From the NCBI GenBank assembly GCA_963813345.1, contig CAWEYR010000014.1:66874-130873 (forward strand): a stretch of DNA of 64,000 bases, in the 5' to 3' direction. The position numbers and the translations under genes are program-made. The notes beneath the pieces are model-generated. The model did not search any database. It worked only from the letters and a program-made list of their open reading frames with translations, and was not told the DNA's origin. The stretch's first letter is position 1. Each line of letters opens with the position of its first letter. Shown here piece after piece: positions 43,428-53,637 of the stretch. This DNA is from an uncultured Acidobacteriota bacterium. GTDB lineage: Bacteria; Acidobacteriota; Blastocatellia; RBC074.

Positions 43428-46077
43428 TCACGGTTTCGCGATCCGCAACAAAAGCTCCTGAGCCTGCTCGTACCCGGGCGCGGCTTCGAGTGACCGGAGA
43501 ACTGATTTCTTTGCGTCCGCGGTCCGGCCCGATGCGAGCTGTGCCCTCGCAAGATTGTAATGCGCTTCGGCGACATTCGGGGGATTCAACGACAAAGCGA
43601 TCTGATATTCGCGAAGCGCCTGATCCGATTCCTTCCGCTCAAGATGGATGGACCCCGCAAGTGCGTGCGGCGTGTACTCGAACGGATTCAGATAAAAGCC
43701 CAGACGAAGCGCTTCAAGCGCTCGCGCCTTATCGCCCTGCTCGAGACGGATCTGAGCGAGGCGCTTCAATGCTTCATAGTTGTTCTCGTCGACTTTGACG
43801 AGTCCCTCAAGTGCCTCCGCTTCGGCCCCTTTGTCGCCTTTCTTCTCATAAATCTTCGCTAGCTGCGCGTAAGCACTCCCTTCTCCTTCCTGGAAAGGGA
43901 AGAGCTCTATCGAGCGCTTCAAGTGCACAATTGCTTTTTCGATGTCACCGTCTGTTTGATAAATAGTTCCGGCTCTGAGATTGAGCAGAAAGTTATCCCC
44001 GTTTGATGCCACTTCCCGGAGGACATCCGCCTTCTGCATTTGCGCTATGGCCTGGGATCTTGCCGCCGTCTCGAGCGCCTTTATGTAAGGCCCGACTTTC
44101 GACTTGATGAACTCGTTGAAGGCTCGATCAAAGTCAGCCTCCTTAAGTTTCAGTACCTGTTCGATGACATCGCGGGTCTTTGCGCGTTCTCGAAAGCGCT
44201 TCAACATTTCAAGAATTGCGTCAAAACCGTAGCGCTCGACTATGAACTCGCAGACTTGAGACGCCTGAAAATAGGCAAGTGGCACATCATCAGGTCTCTT
44301 CGGGCGCGTGAACCCGGCGTCAAGATCGGCGATCTTGAACCATCGCCCGTCTGCGAATGAGCGAAGAAAAGCGGGATTCCAGTCGTCTCCCCAACCGGGA
44401 CGGCCGCGCCGCTCCTCGTACACCGAGAGGCCCTCGGAAAACCACCTGGGCACGAAATGATCCGTTGTCTGCAGAGTAATCACATGCGTGAACTCGTGCC
44501 AGAGGGTGCTTCCCCAGTTGAACTCTCCTCCCGGTCGAGCTGACGGAGAGTCCTGAGCGATCACCTGACCAAAGCAGACTCCCAAAGCCCCAAGACCTGG
44601 CATGCCAAGTGTTCTCACGGCAAAATCTTCGTGGTTTGCAAAGAATTCAACACCGATCGGCCCGCGAGGCTTGAACTTGTACTTTGCCGAAAGAGTGCGC
44701 TCCGCCTCTTCAAGCAGATCGCCGGCATATACCGCAAGCGCCTGACTCTCCTTATCGGAGGCCTTGATCACGAACATCCCACGCGTAACCGAAGGATACT
44801 CTTTGAGCGAATCAAGAAGGTCCAGCGTGTTCTTTGCCCAGATGTTGAAAGGATCGCCTTCAAACGCCTTTTCGATCGATGCGCGCCCTTCATCGAACTT
44901 TCCGAGACGGAGCAAGCCGATTCCAAGACTGAGGTGAGACGCCCAGAGATCGGGTTCGAGAGCGATCGCCTTACGGGAGAACTCAACGCCCTGCGAGTAT
45001 TGTCGAGTGATCGTCGCGAAATGAGAGAGAGTCTCGTAAAGCTCGCCGTATCTCGGATTGATCGCGAGTGTCGACTTGACCGCAGCATCAAAGTCCGCGG
45101 CCTGGTTCTGGATATAGAACATCGCAGCCCGTACCGAGTGCGCTTCGAGTGAATTGGGATTTATCTTCAGCGCCGATGCGAGATGAGCCTCAGCGCTCGA
45201 GAAAGACTCGGCCTCGAGATCGAGCGAAGCTGCGAGAACCTTGGCATCGACATAGTTCGGGTTGATCTCGAGTGCGCGTGTCAGTGCAGTGCGTGTCTCT
45301 TCGGCTCCCTGGATGCGTCGATTGCGGGCAACGCCAAGATGGCGCGCGCGCACTGTTCTTGTTGAGAGCAAGCGCATCGCGAAAGAATTCCGCAGCTTCG
45401 GCATACTGGTACTTCGTTGTGAAAAGCTCGCCACCTGTGAGATGAGCCTCGAGATAGCCTTTGTCAGTGTCGATCGCGTTGAGAACGACCTCGTTGGCTT
45501 CTTTGAACCTTTCAAGGTGCGTCAACGCGAGTGCCGCTGCGGTCTCAGTCTCGGCTGTCGATTTCTCCTCCGCTTCGTACGCTTCGACTACTGACTCGAA
45601 AAGCTTGTCGGCGGCGACGCGGTCTCCCACGATGTCGAGCATCTCACCCTGGCGAAGCTCTGCGCGAATCTTCAAGCTGCCTTTGGTGTTTGTGGCAGCC
45701 TGTCGATACTCCTCGACTGCGTCACGATACTTGCCGGTTGCGGCCAGTGATTCTCCGAGAGCAAAATGTGCGGCTGCGCTCGAACGGTTTGACTGAAGAA
45801 ACTTTCGCGCAATCGCTTCTGCTTCGGCGTACTTTCCAGTCTCGATATAGGCTCTGGCCAGGCCACCGAGCGCGGCCTCATCCCCAGGCGCCTGCGTCAA
45901 CCGCTTCTCGAGAGCGCTGATCGCAACTTCGTAATTTCCACGCGAGACTTCTACGAGAGGGTCTTGTGCAGCCTGTTGCACCGAGCTGCATCCCACCAGC
46001 ATCCAGAGCAAAGCAGGAAGCCACGCCGACAGCGTGACTGTCGCTCCTCGAAATCTTGTCCTTCTCGTGTCTCTCAT
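43428..46077 (-). CDS. TPR-repeat lipoprotein with an HExxH metallopeptidase-like domain. Frame broken at 45341-45352.
   Basis: The N-terminus has the lipobox LVGC. TPR repeats are present in both halves. WHEFTHV (44481-44501) plus a downstream SEGLSVYEE form a zincin-like motif. ORFs 45190..46077 and 43428..45515 join as ...ALALNKNSARA|HLGVARNRR... across a (GC)5 run. Confidence 0.75.
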
Positions 46078-47164
46078 CTATTTCTTTTTAGATCGGATTT
46101 TCTGGCTGACGGTTGCAAGGTCCAAAAGAAGCTTTTCAAGCTCGGCTTCATATTCGGCATCGCTTTTGAGCTTCTTTTCTTTGCCTGCCTTCAATTGCGC
46201 GATTTCTCCTTCAAGACGCGCGCGCTCGGCAAAAAGTGTCGCAAGCTCGACATCGCCACCCGCCTGCATCTTCGGCATCGAATCAAAAAACGTTGTCAGC
46301 GCAAGGCCTCCGTCGCCGGCTTCGACCTTTGGGTGTCCGACTCCGTCACCATTGTCGTCAAGAAGCGCGTGCTCGGTCGCGAGCCGTCCCTCTCCTTCAT
46401 AAAACGCTGCCGTCATCCTGCGTGGCGTAGCTGAAAGCTTCACCGACGGAAATGCGACCATTCTTGTCAGCGTCGGCATCAGTCTTCGTAAGAGCGGAGA
46501 CGAAGTACTCGGGAAAACGCGTGGCGTTCTGTTCCTGACCACTTCTCGTCGCGGTGATTACAATCGCTCCGTTGGCAGAAAGGGGCTTTACAAACTCACC
46601 GCTGGCGCTCGACATGTTGACGATGATCTGGCGGCGCGTTGGAAGCGATTTGACGTGCAATGCGAGTTCTTTAGCGGTCAGGTCGGGGCCGACCAGCATG
46701 AACTTTGCTTCCTTGTCGCTGAAGCTGCCGTGCCCGATGAGAAAGATGAAGACTGTCGAATCTGGTTTGGCTGTGGTCTTAAGGCTCGTGAAGACTCGCC
46801 TCAGCTCTTCGGTCGTCGCCGGGCGTTCGAACTCGGTCGAAGGCTTTTCAACGAGCAATGCCGTCTGGTTCTGTGGAAATGAAAGCTTGTCGACCAGTTC
46901 GGAGCGGAGCGCGTTTGCCCACGTCGAGAACTGTGTGCTGTAGGCGGGTTCGCCACCGATTCCGCAAACAATGATCGCGAACTTACCCGGGTCCGCTTCG
47001 GGTCTCGTGGTCGTAGACGGGGCAGGGGTTTGCGCCTGTTGAGCTTCCTGTACGCTCTTCGCTCCCGGCCGTCTGACAGGATCAACATCCTGAGCGCACG
47101 CCGAGACGCTGCACACACAAGCGAGAACCATAACCATCAAAAAGTGTCGTTTTGCAAAGATCAT
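46078..47164 (-). CDS. Secreted protein with a possible caspase/legumain-like fold and a C-terminal coiled coil. Frame broken around 46400-46540.
   Basis: Signal peptide with CSVSAC. The FIFLIGHGS and VNMSSASGEF segments resemble the His and Cys strands of clan CD peptidases, with Ser in place of Cys (by eye). ORFs 46397..47164 and 46078..46542 join as ...EAFSYAT|RRMTAAFYEGEG.... There are zero-nt gaps to both neighbours. Confidence 0.5.
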
Positions 47165-49453
47165 TTAGGCGAGTCCACTCCGCTTTCTCAGGAACCACTC
47201 GCCGCCAGCGAGTCCCACAAGCAACAAAAGGTTGAAAGGCATGTCCCAAAGGTCCTTGCTGACCTTCTGGGAGTTTTTGCCCTCGAGATAAGAGACTTCT
47301 TCAGGGAGCTCACCTGACTTCGAGCTTTCGAAGTACTTGCCGCCGGTCTCCGCTGCGATCCGTTTGAGCAACTCCACGTTCTGCCGCGCGTCATTGTATT
47401 CGCGCGACTTCTCGCTCCGGAAAAAGCTCGTCGCCGCCCGCCCAATTTCAGCACCCTTCTGCTTTGCGATGATTTCAACCCGGTGAAGCCCGTTCTTCGT
47501 TGGCTTGTATTGGGAACGGAAATCAGGAGAGTTCTCTCCAAGACCAAAAACCAGCACCAGTTCCTCGGTCGATCCTTCGGGGTCGGTCACTCGAGCAAGA
47601 ACCTGGGCGTCTTTGATAATCTCGAACTTCTTGTCATTTACCTCGGCACGAATGGTGACTGTGTCGCCCGCATAGTAGACTTCGCGCTCTGTAGCCACCT
47701 CGATCGGCCCCGGCGTAGAACTTACCAGGTAGCGCAGCAACTGCCGCCAGAATGTTTCGTGCGATGTATTCTTCGAGTCGAGCATCATGCGCCAGCGCCA
47801 CGTATCACTGGCTGTCAGGACCAGTGTCCGGCCACGACCGTATCGCTCTTCCGCAAGAAGGGGAACTGTTCGAGCACGATCGGCGAGACTCCGCGCTTCG
47901 AGAATGATTGTCGCCCCGGGTTTGATCTGAGGCAGCACCTCAGGGACGGTGATCGGAGGAAGCTCTTCCCACGCCTTGGCGCTCAGATTGCGATCTTCGT
48001 TGAGTCTCGTGACGGCGTGGGTTCGCCCTCGAGCTGTCAGTTCCGCCTTGAAGTTTGAAACGGCGGGCATCTCGGATTCTTCGATCCGATCGTCCAAATC
48101 CAGAGGAAGCATCCCTGCCACCGGCGTATTCCCGTATCTTCCGGCGTCGAATGAGCGCGTGCCACCGAGCGCGAGGAAGCCGCCACCGCGGCGCGCCACA
48201 AACTGTTCAATCATCTTGAGCTGCTCGTAAGTAAAGAAGTTCGCTTCCATGCTTCCAAGCATCAATCCCTGGTAAGCGAACAGGTCTTCTTCGGTCTTCG
48301 GGAATCCGGATTCGAGCTCAAGACCGCTTTCCACCCCCTGCCGGTAGAACTTTCCATCCGCAGAGCGCAGCACTGACACGAGAATCAGGTTCTTCTCGTT
48401 CTTTGCGAGCGACGAACGCATCTTTCCGTACTCCCAGCGCGGCTCGCCTTCGATGTAGAGAACTTTGGGCCGGGTGTCAGTGACTTCTATGAGCGCTTCC
48501 TGGAGATTGTTCTCGTAGGTCATCTCACCGTCGAGATTCTTGATCTCGAATGTATAACGATGAACGCCGGCAGTGGCAGGAGTGAACTCAACGTTCGCTG
48601 ATTGAGCCTCAGCTCCGCGAACGTCGACGGTTTCCGTCTTGATCGCGCGGCCGTCTTCGCTCACCGCCACCATCACTTTTGCCGGGGCCCCATCTCCAAA
48701 TCCGGTGACGCGAAGAAGGACCTCTGCATTCACGGCAGAACCGACAAGCACCCGTCGCGGCGTATTAACGCGGACCATTTCGGCGTCTTTGAAGCTCTTC
48801 GTGCTCCCGTAGCCAATTGTATAGACGGGAATGCTCCGCGCTCTCAGCTCTCTCAGTTCGGCACTCAAATCGGCCGTTGTGTTGGCGCCTCCGTCACTCA
48901 TAAGGATTACCGCCGACAAAGGCACTCCGCCGGTATCTTTCGATGCCTCCCTCAAAGCTCCGGTGATGTCAGTTGCGGCACCCGTTGCAGCAAGCTCGCC
49001 CGGCCCATTGACGCGATCAATCGTGTCGGCAAAGCGATGAAGCCGAACTTTGAACTTTGCGTCGAGATCGGTGGAGAAACGGCCACTGAGCGTGTTCTTA
49101 AGCGCGTCCATGCGGCTTTGCCCGTTCTCGTCCTTGAGCTCCATGCTCCTGGACGCGTCAGCGACGATGGCCACAGACGTGCTTTGAGGGATGACCGACG
49201 AAACGACCAGAACGGGGCGCATCAGGAGGAAGGCGATCAAGCCGAGCAGCACGACTCGGAGCGAAATCAGCGCAGCCTGGCGTCCCTGCGTGATCCGGTA
49301 ATGGGGACGCACATAAACGAAATAAACGAGGGCTCCAAGAGCCAGGGCGACAAGCAGGACTATGATCCAGGCGGGGCGTCCGGCAAGTTGCAGGTCCCCC
49401 TTCGAAAAGAGTGACCACTTGTACTTGAAGAAAAACTGCAGCAATTGATCCAT
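47165..49453 (-). CDS. Membrane-anchored VWA-domain protein with a glutamine-amidotransferase-like module
   Basis: 762-aa intact ORF with N-terminal TM helices and the MIDAS-like ADASRSM motif. GGFLALGG lies in the later domain and there is a C-terminal TM helix. It is the first gene of the MoxR operon. Confidence 0.75.
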   Translation of the reverse strand: MDQLLQFFFKYKWSLFSKGDLQLAGRPAWIIVLLVALALGALVYFVYVRPHYRITQGRQAALISLRVVLLGLIAFLLMRPVLVVSSVIPQSTSVAIVADASRSMELKDENGQSRMDALKNTLSGRFSTDLDAKFKVRLHRFADTIDRVNGPGELAATGAATDITGALREASKDTGGVPLSAVILMSDGGANTTADLSAELRELRARSIPVYTIGYGSTKSFKDAEMVRVNTPRRVLVGSAVNAEVLLRVTGFGDGAPAKVMVAVSEDGRAIKTETVDVRGAEAQSANVEFTPATAGVHRYTFEIKNLDGEMTYENNLQEALIEVTDTRPKVLYIEGEPRWEYGKMRSSLAKNEKNLILVSVLRSADGKFYRQGVESGLELESGFPKTEEDLFAYQGLMLGSMEANFFTYEQLKMIEQFVARRGGGFLALGGTRSFDAGRYGNTPVAGMLPLDLDDRIEESEMPAVSNFKAELTARGRTHAVTRLNEDRNLSAKAWEELPPITVPEVLPQIKPGATIILEARSLADRARTVPLLAEERYGRGRTLVLTASDTWRWRMMLDSKNTSHETFWRQLLRYLVSSTPGPIEVATEREVYYAGDTVTIRAEVNDKKFEIIKDAQVLARVTDPEGSTEELVLVFGLGENSPDFRSQYKPTKNGLHRVEIIAKQKGAEIGRAATSFFRSEKSREYNDARQNVELLKRIAAETGGKYFESSKSGELPEEVSYLEGKNSQKVSKDLWDMPFNLLLLVGLAGGEWFLRKRSGLA

Positions 49454-49645
49454 GAAACCTTACTCCGCCTCATAAGCAGCTCGGTGGATAAGACTGCAAC
49501 CGGTCGACCCCTTCATTATAACCAACGCAAGACTTTAGGGTAAAACTAATCGCCCTTAAGATGCCCGTTTTCGGGCGGGCGTGCATTGATTGTCGATTAT
49601 TTGGACTTTTTGACAAATAGTTTGGAACGCGAGGCGGAATGTCAA

Positions 49646-49786
49646 GGGGTTCGAATTCGTGCAAAAGCCATCACGCGAAGCCGCGAAGACGCGAAAAGAA
49701 CCACAGAAATGCCGTCGTGGAATCACTGTTATTCTGTTTCGCGTCTTCGCGCTTCAGCGTTAGCTTCTGCACGAATTCGAACACCC
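49646..49786. repeat. MITE-like inverted repeat (family F, CACGCGAAGCCGCGAAGACGCGAA core)
   Basis: Arms of ~48 nt (GGGGTTCGAATTCGTGCAAAAGCCATCACGCGAAGCCGCGAAGACGCGAAA and its imperfect reverse complement) flank a ~40-nt loop. A shorter relative lies at 63636-63725. Confidence 0.8.
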
Positions 49787-49789
49787 TGG

Positions 49790-51303
49790 CTAACTCGCTT
49801 CTCTCGAACCATCATCCACCTGATGATCCGAATGTGCCAGCTCATGCGCGCTGCCGGCCGGGATCAGCAGCGAAACTACCAGGGCGCAGATTGCCGCTAC
49901 GAGCACGGCTGCGAACGCAAGTCGCAATGAGCTCGCGAACGCTCGCTGGAGAATCTCGATCGACTCTCGGCTCATCGCCTGTCTCGGTCTGAGGGAGCAC
50001 GCTCGCAGCCAGGTCGTGACCGCGAGCTTCCAGGAATCCCTTTCCGCCCTGGCTCAGCTCTCTTTCAAGGCGCCAATTCATCAGCGCTCCCATTATCGCC
50101 GTACCGGTCGCTGCTCCGATGCTCCGCGCGAAGAGAACAATCGACGTCGTCGTTCCAAGCTGCGTTCCTTTGACCGCGTGTTGAGCCGCAATCATGAGAC
50201 TCGCCATTGTGAATCCGCCACCGACACCGAGCAGCGCAACATAGACTGAGAGCCAGAGAGTCGAAGTCTCCGTGTTCATCCTCGCAAGAAAAACTGCGCC
50301 GACGATGATGAAAGCCATCCCGCAGAGTACAACACGGCGGTAGCCGAGCTTCAGCACGAGACGGCCACCCGTAGTCGCGGCAACGACCCAGGGAAGGATG
50401 TAGGGCATCAGAATTCTGCCCGCCGCGATTGCGTCAGTTCCGTGAACTGATTGCACAAACAACGGTAGGAAGTTGAGAGTGCCCACGAGTGTCATCGCTG
50501 CGAACACTCCGTGCAGGCTCGCCAGACTCACGATCCGGTTGCGAAAAATGTCGAGAGGAATCAGCGGCTCAGGGCTTCGAAGCTCAACAAAAATGAAGAG
50601 CCCGGCGAGCACGAGTCGCGCCGCCCAAAGACGCTGCAAAAGCGATGGGCGAGATGGCGGTCCCCTGGAAGCACAGAAGCAGAAGCGTCAGTGTGGCGGC
50701 CAGGACGATCGCGCCGGCATAGTCGACCTTGATGTCCTTTCGACGCTCGTATCGCTCGCGGTACGTCATAAAGACGATGATTCCAGCAAGAATCCCGAAA
50801 GGAAGCGAGAGGTAGAATATCCAGCGCCACGAGAGGTAGGTCGCAAGATAACCTCCGACGAGAGGCCCGGCGAGGCTGGCAACGCCCCACATTGCACTGA
50901 AGAGTCCGATAACTTTTGCCCGCTGCTCGAGTGTTAAAAGATCGGAAGCGATCGTCATGCCAATGGGAAATAGTGCTGCTGCTCCGAGACCCTGGAGTGT
51001 CCGGAAGGTGATCAGCTGTGACATCGATGTCGACGCTCCGGAAAGCGCAGAACCGATGATGAAACACGCAAGACCTCCGAAAAATGCCGGGCGGCGGCCT
51101 GCGAGGTCGGCCATCTTTCCCCAGATCGGGGTCATAACGGTTGCGGCAAGGATGTATGCCGAAAAGACCCAGCTGTAGTACTCGATACCACCAAGCGACC
51201 CGATCACGGTCGGCATTGCCGTGCCGGCGACGGTGTTTTCGATTGCTCCCATGAAGATCGCGAGCGCGACTCCGGCGAGTGTGAGGCGGGTGTTTCTATT
51301 CAT
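49790..51303 (-). CDS. MFS transporter (DHA2/EmrB-like). Two frame breaks (about 49975-50000 and 50585-50640).
   Basis: ORF 50584..51303 is the N-terminal half ([11 protein letters not shown] motif). ORF 49842..50639 is the C-terminal half. The last TM helix ([20 protein letters not shown]) lies in ORF 49790..49975. Confidence 0.85.
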
Positions 51304-51331
51304 TGCAAACGTTATCGGAGCGAGGACTGAG

Positions 51332-52101
51332 CTACGTTTTCTTCAAGAACTTGCGAATCCCTTCCTGACAGTCGGGAGTTGCGCGAGCAATGGCATTCAT
51401 CGCGACGCCCGCATCGACGGCCTGTTCGAAGGTCATTCCATCGATATGATATAGAAGAGATTTGGTAAGCATTACCGCCGACCCGCTGACGTTCGTGATC
51501 TCATTCACGATGCGTTCAACCTCGGCCTCGATCTGGGAGTCTTCAACAACGCGATTGATGAGACCGATTCTTTCGGCCTCGTCGGCACTCAGCACTTTTG
51601 CCGTAGTCAGCAGCTCAAAGGCTCGCTTCTCTCCGAGATTGCGCCTGACCACCGCGAGCACCATTGCCGGTACGAATCCGATTCGCACCTCGGGATAAGA
51701 GAACTGTGCCGAGCGCGCCGCAATCACAAGGTCGCACGCCGAAGCAAGACCGGCGCCTCCAGCAAAAGCTCTCCCCTGGACAACGGCAATCACACACTTG
51801 CGAACAGTCCGAATTTGATTGAGTAGCGATCGCAAACTCGCGGGCGTCGTCGAGATTGTCGAGCACATGAGCGGTTTGAGACTTCTTCGAGTTGGGCAAG
51901 ATCTGCCCCCGCACAGAAGTCTTTTCCCGCTCCACGAATGAGAATCACTCTCGCTTCTTTATCCGTGGCCGCGATCTCAATTGCACCGCTGATCTCGCCA
52001 ATCATCGTGGAGCTGAGCGCATTCCTCTTTTCCGGGCGATTGAGCACGATCCGCGCCACGCTACCGCTGGTTTCAAACTGGATATGACTAAAGGTTGGCA
52101 T
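51332..52101 (-). CDS. Enoyl-CoA hydratase/isomerase family protein. One or two frame breaks within 51790-51870.
   Basis: ORF 51790..52101 ends ...[22 protein letters not shown] 51332..51868 carries ...[27 protein letters not shown] third frame ([15 protein letters not shown]) plausibly bridges them. Confidence 0.8.
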
Positions 52102-52119
52102 TGAATTTGGATCGACTCC

Positions 52120-53544
52120 TTAGCGGTTTGCTTCCGTTCCTGACATCTGTCGGAGTGGTGGCTGTTGAGTATAGTTTGTCAGATTCCCGGTTATAGTTCC
52201 CTGCGTCGTTTTGGCGACCAGCCGCACTGGGATGCGGCGCGCGTCGTCCGTTATCCAGACATGCAGCGTGCCCTGCCGGGTTGGATAGTAGCGGCCCGGA
52301 CCGAAGACCTTGGCCTCGACCTTTACCGTCTTGACATGCTCGCGCCCAATTTCGATGACTTCACGATTGCGAACAATGATCTCGAACTCATGGTTCCGCT
52401 CGTCCTCGCTTAAGGGCATGCAAAGCACTTCGCCATCGCGCAGCGATTGCAGTCGCAAATAGTAAAGGCATGACACAAGGGTCTGAGTGCCATCCCGAAG
52501 TGGAAGGTCAATGGTCTTTGGAGGAGCCTGGGGTTTGGTCAGATCGCGGGTTTCGTAATGAATCTTCTTGAGAATCGGATCGAATTCGGCTGTCTGAGCA
52601 ATTTTCTTTTTGCTGTACTTCTCCTCCTTGAAGTGCAGACGAGCAGCAAAATTGTGCTTTGCAAGTATCGTTTCAAATCGACCTTGAAGATCAATCCCGA
52701 GCAGACCGATAAGAAATCCCTGTGATACGGCCGTTGCCCGGATCCCAACGTAGGTCTCGCCCTTAAGTTGATTCAGCTCGATTGAGCCACGCCCATATCC
52801 ATCGGCGCTAGTGATCGAAATCTTTGAAGAGTTGGGGTTCGGTTCGAGAGGTCCCAGATAATCGAAAGTGATTGCTCCAACTGTAGCGTTGATTGGAAAG
52901 CGCGAGAACCGGAGTTCAAAGATCAGCTTCTCGTTTACCGGAAACGGTATCGACAGTTGATTCTGATTGGGAGATTGCCACGTCTCCGCCCGAAGGACGG
53001 GTGTGACCACCTTGAACGCAAGAATGACAAAAACTGCAATGACGCCGGCGAAAGCACGATATTCGCGATGTTTGAGGTAGAGAGTCGTGTCAAATGCCGC
53101 TTCGGTGCGCGCACGATATGCGGTCAAGCGCGGCAGGAAGAGCGGCACTTCGCTTGCCCAGTCCCGGTATTCATTCTCGAAGAGATGGCGCATGTGATCG
53201 CTCTCGGACTTCATGACAGGAACGTAGACTATCAGGAAAATCGCAACGATGAAGAGTGCAAGGAACCAGCTTCCTCCACCAAGACAGCATCCGATGAGCA
53301 TCACAAAGCTGCCAAAATATAGCGGGTTTCTCGTGTAGGCGTAGGGCCCGCTTGTCGCAAGTGCACTGTTTTTGCGGAGATGACCTGAAGCCCACGCCCT
53401 CAGAGCTACGCCAGCGAGAGCCACGGGAAGCCCCGCTGCAATCGTCCTCCACGTCGGCTCCGAGAACACGACAAAGATGATGGCGATGAGAAAACCAAGC
53501 GGTACGCGGAGTCTGCTCAACAGATTCCTTCTGTTGCTGCTCAA
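52120..53544 (-). CDS. Fusion of an ICMT/phospholipid-methyltransferase-like membrane domain with a DUF3108-like domain
   Basis: The N-terminal half has TM helices and SGPYAYTRNPLYFGSF. The C-terminal ~270 aa are DUF3108-like (by eye). I propose the TTG at 53544, preceded by GAGGAAGGA, as the start. The ORF is open to 53745 through a REP element. Confidence 0.65.
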   Translation of the reverse strand: MSSNRRNLLSRLRVPLGFLIAIIFVVFSEPTWRTIAAGLPVALAGVALRAWASGHLRKNSALATSGPYAYTRNPLYFGSFVMLIGCCLGGGSWFLALFIVAIFLIVYVPVMKSESDHMRHLFENEYRDWASEVPLFLPRLTAYRARTEAAFDTTLYLKHREYRAFAGVIAVFVILAFKVVTPVLRAETWQSPNQNQLSIPFPVNEKLIFELRFSRFPINATVGAITFDYLGPLEPNPNSSKISITSADGYGRGSIELNQLKGETYVGIRATAVSQGFLIGLLGIDLQGRFETILAKHNFAARLHFKEEKYSKKKIAQTAEFDPILKKIHYETRDLTKPQAPPKTIDLPLRDGTQTLVSCLYYLRLQSLRDGEVLCMPLSEDERNHEFEIIVRNREVIEIGREHVKTVKVEAKVFGPGRYYPTRQGTLHVWITDDARRIPVRLVAKTTQGTITGNLTNYTQQPPLRQMSGTEANR

Positions 53545-53562
53545 TCCTTCCTCTTTCTCCCT

Positions 53563-53637
53563 GTATTGGAGTTCAAGCTTTAGCTTGCTCCTGGCTGATA
53601 GCCTAGCCAACAGCAAGCTAAAGCTTGAACTCCATAC
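53563..53637. repeat. Palindromic REP-like element (family C)
   Basis: GTATTGGAGTTCAAGCTTTAGCTTGCT and its reverse complement (AGCAAGCTAAAGCTTGAACTCCATAC) flank a ~22-nt loop. It overlaps the 3' end of the GT9 gene. Confidence 0.85.

Noticed and set aside
49454-49645. Sigma-70-type promoter for the MoxR operon (minus-strand TATAAT at 49515-49520, with TTACCC 17 nt upstream) and a GCCCG-TTTT-CGGGC hairpin at about 49563-49576.
   Set aside because: The -35 matches only 3 of 6 positions. The hairpin lacks a following U-tract on either strand. There is not enough evidence to annotate either as a feature without TSS or 3'-end data.
49646-49786. MITE-like element as evidence of an active transposon or genomic island boundary.
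   Set aside because: The window contains no transposase, integrase or tRNA target, and I could not verify any direct target-site duplication. The flanking genes are ordinary chromosomal genes.
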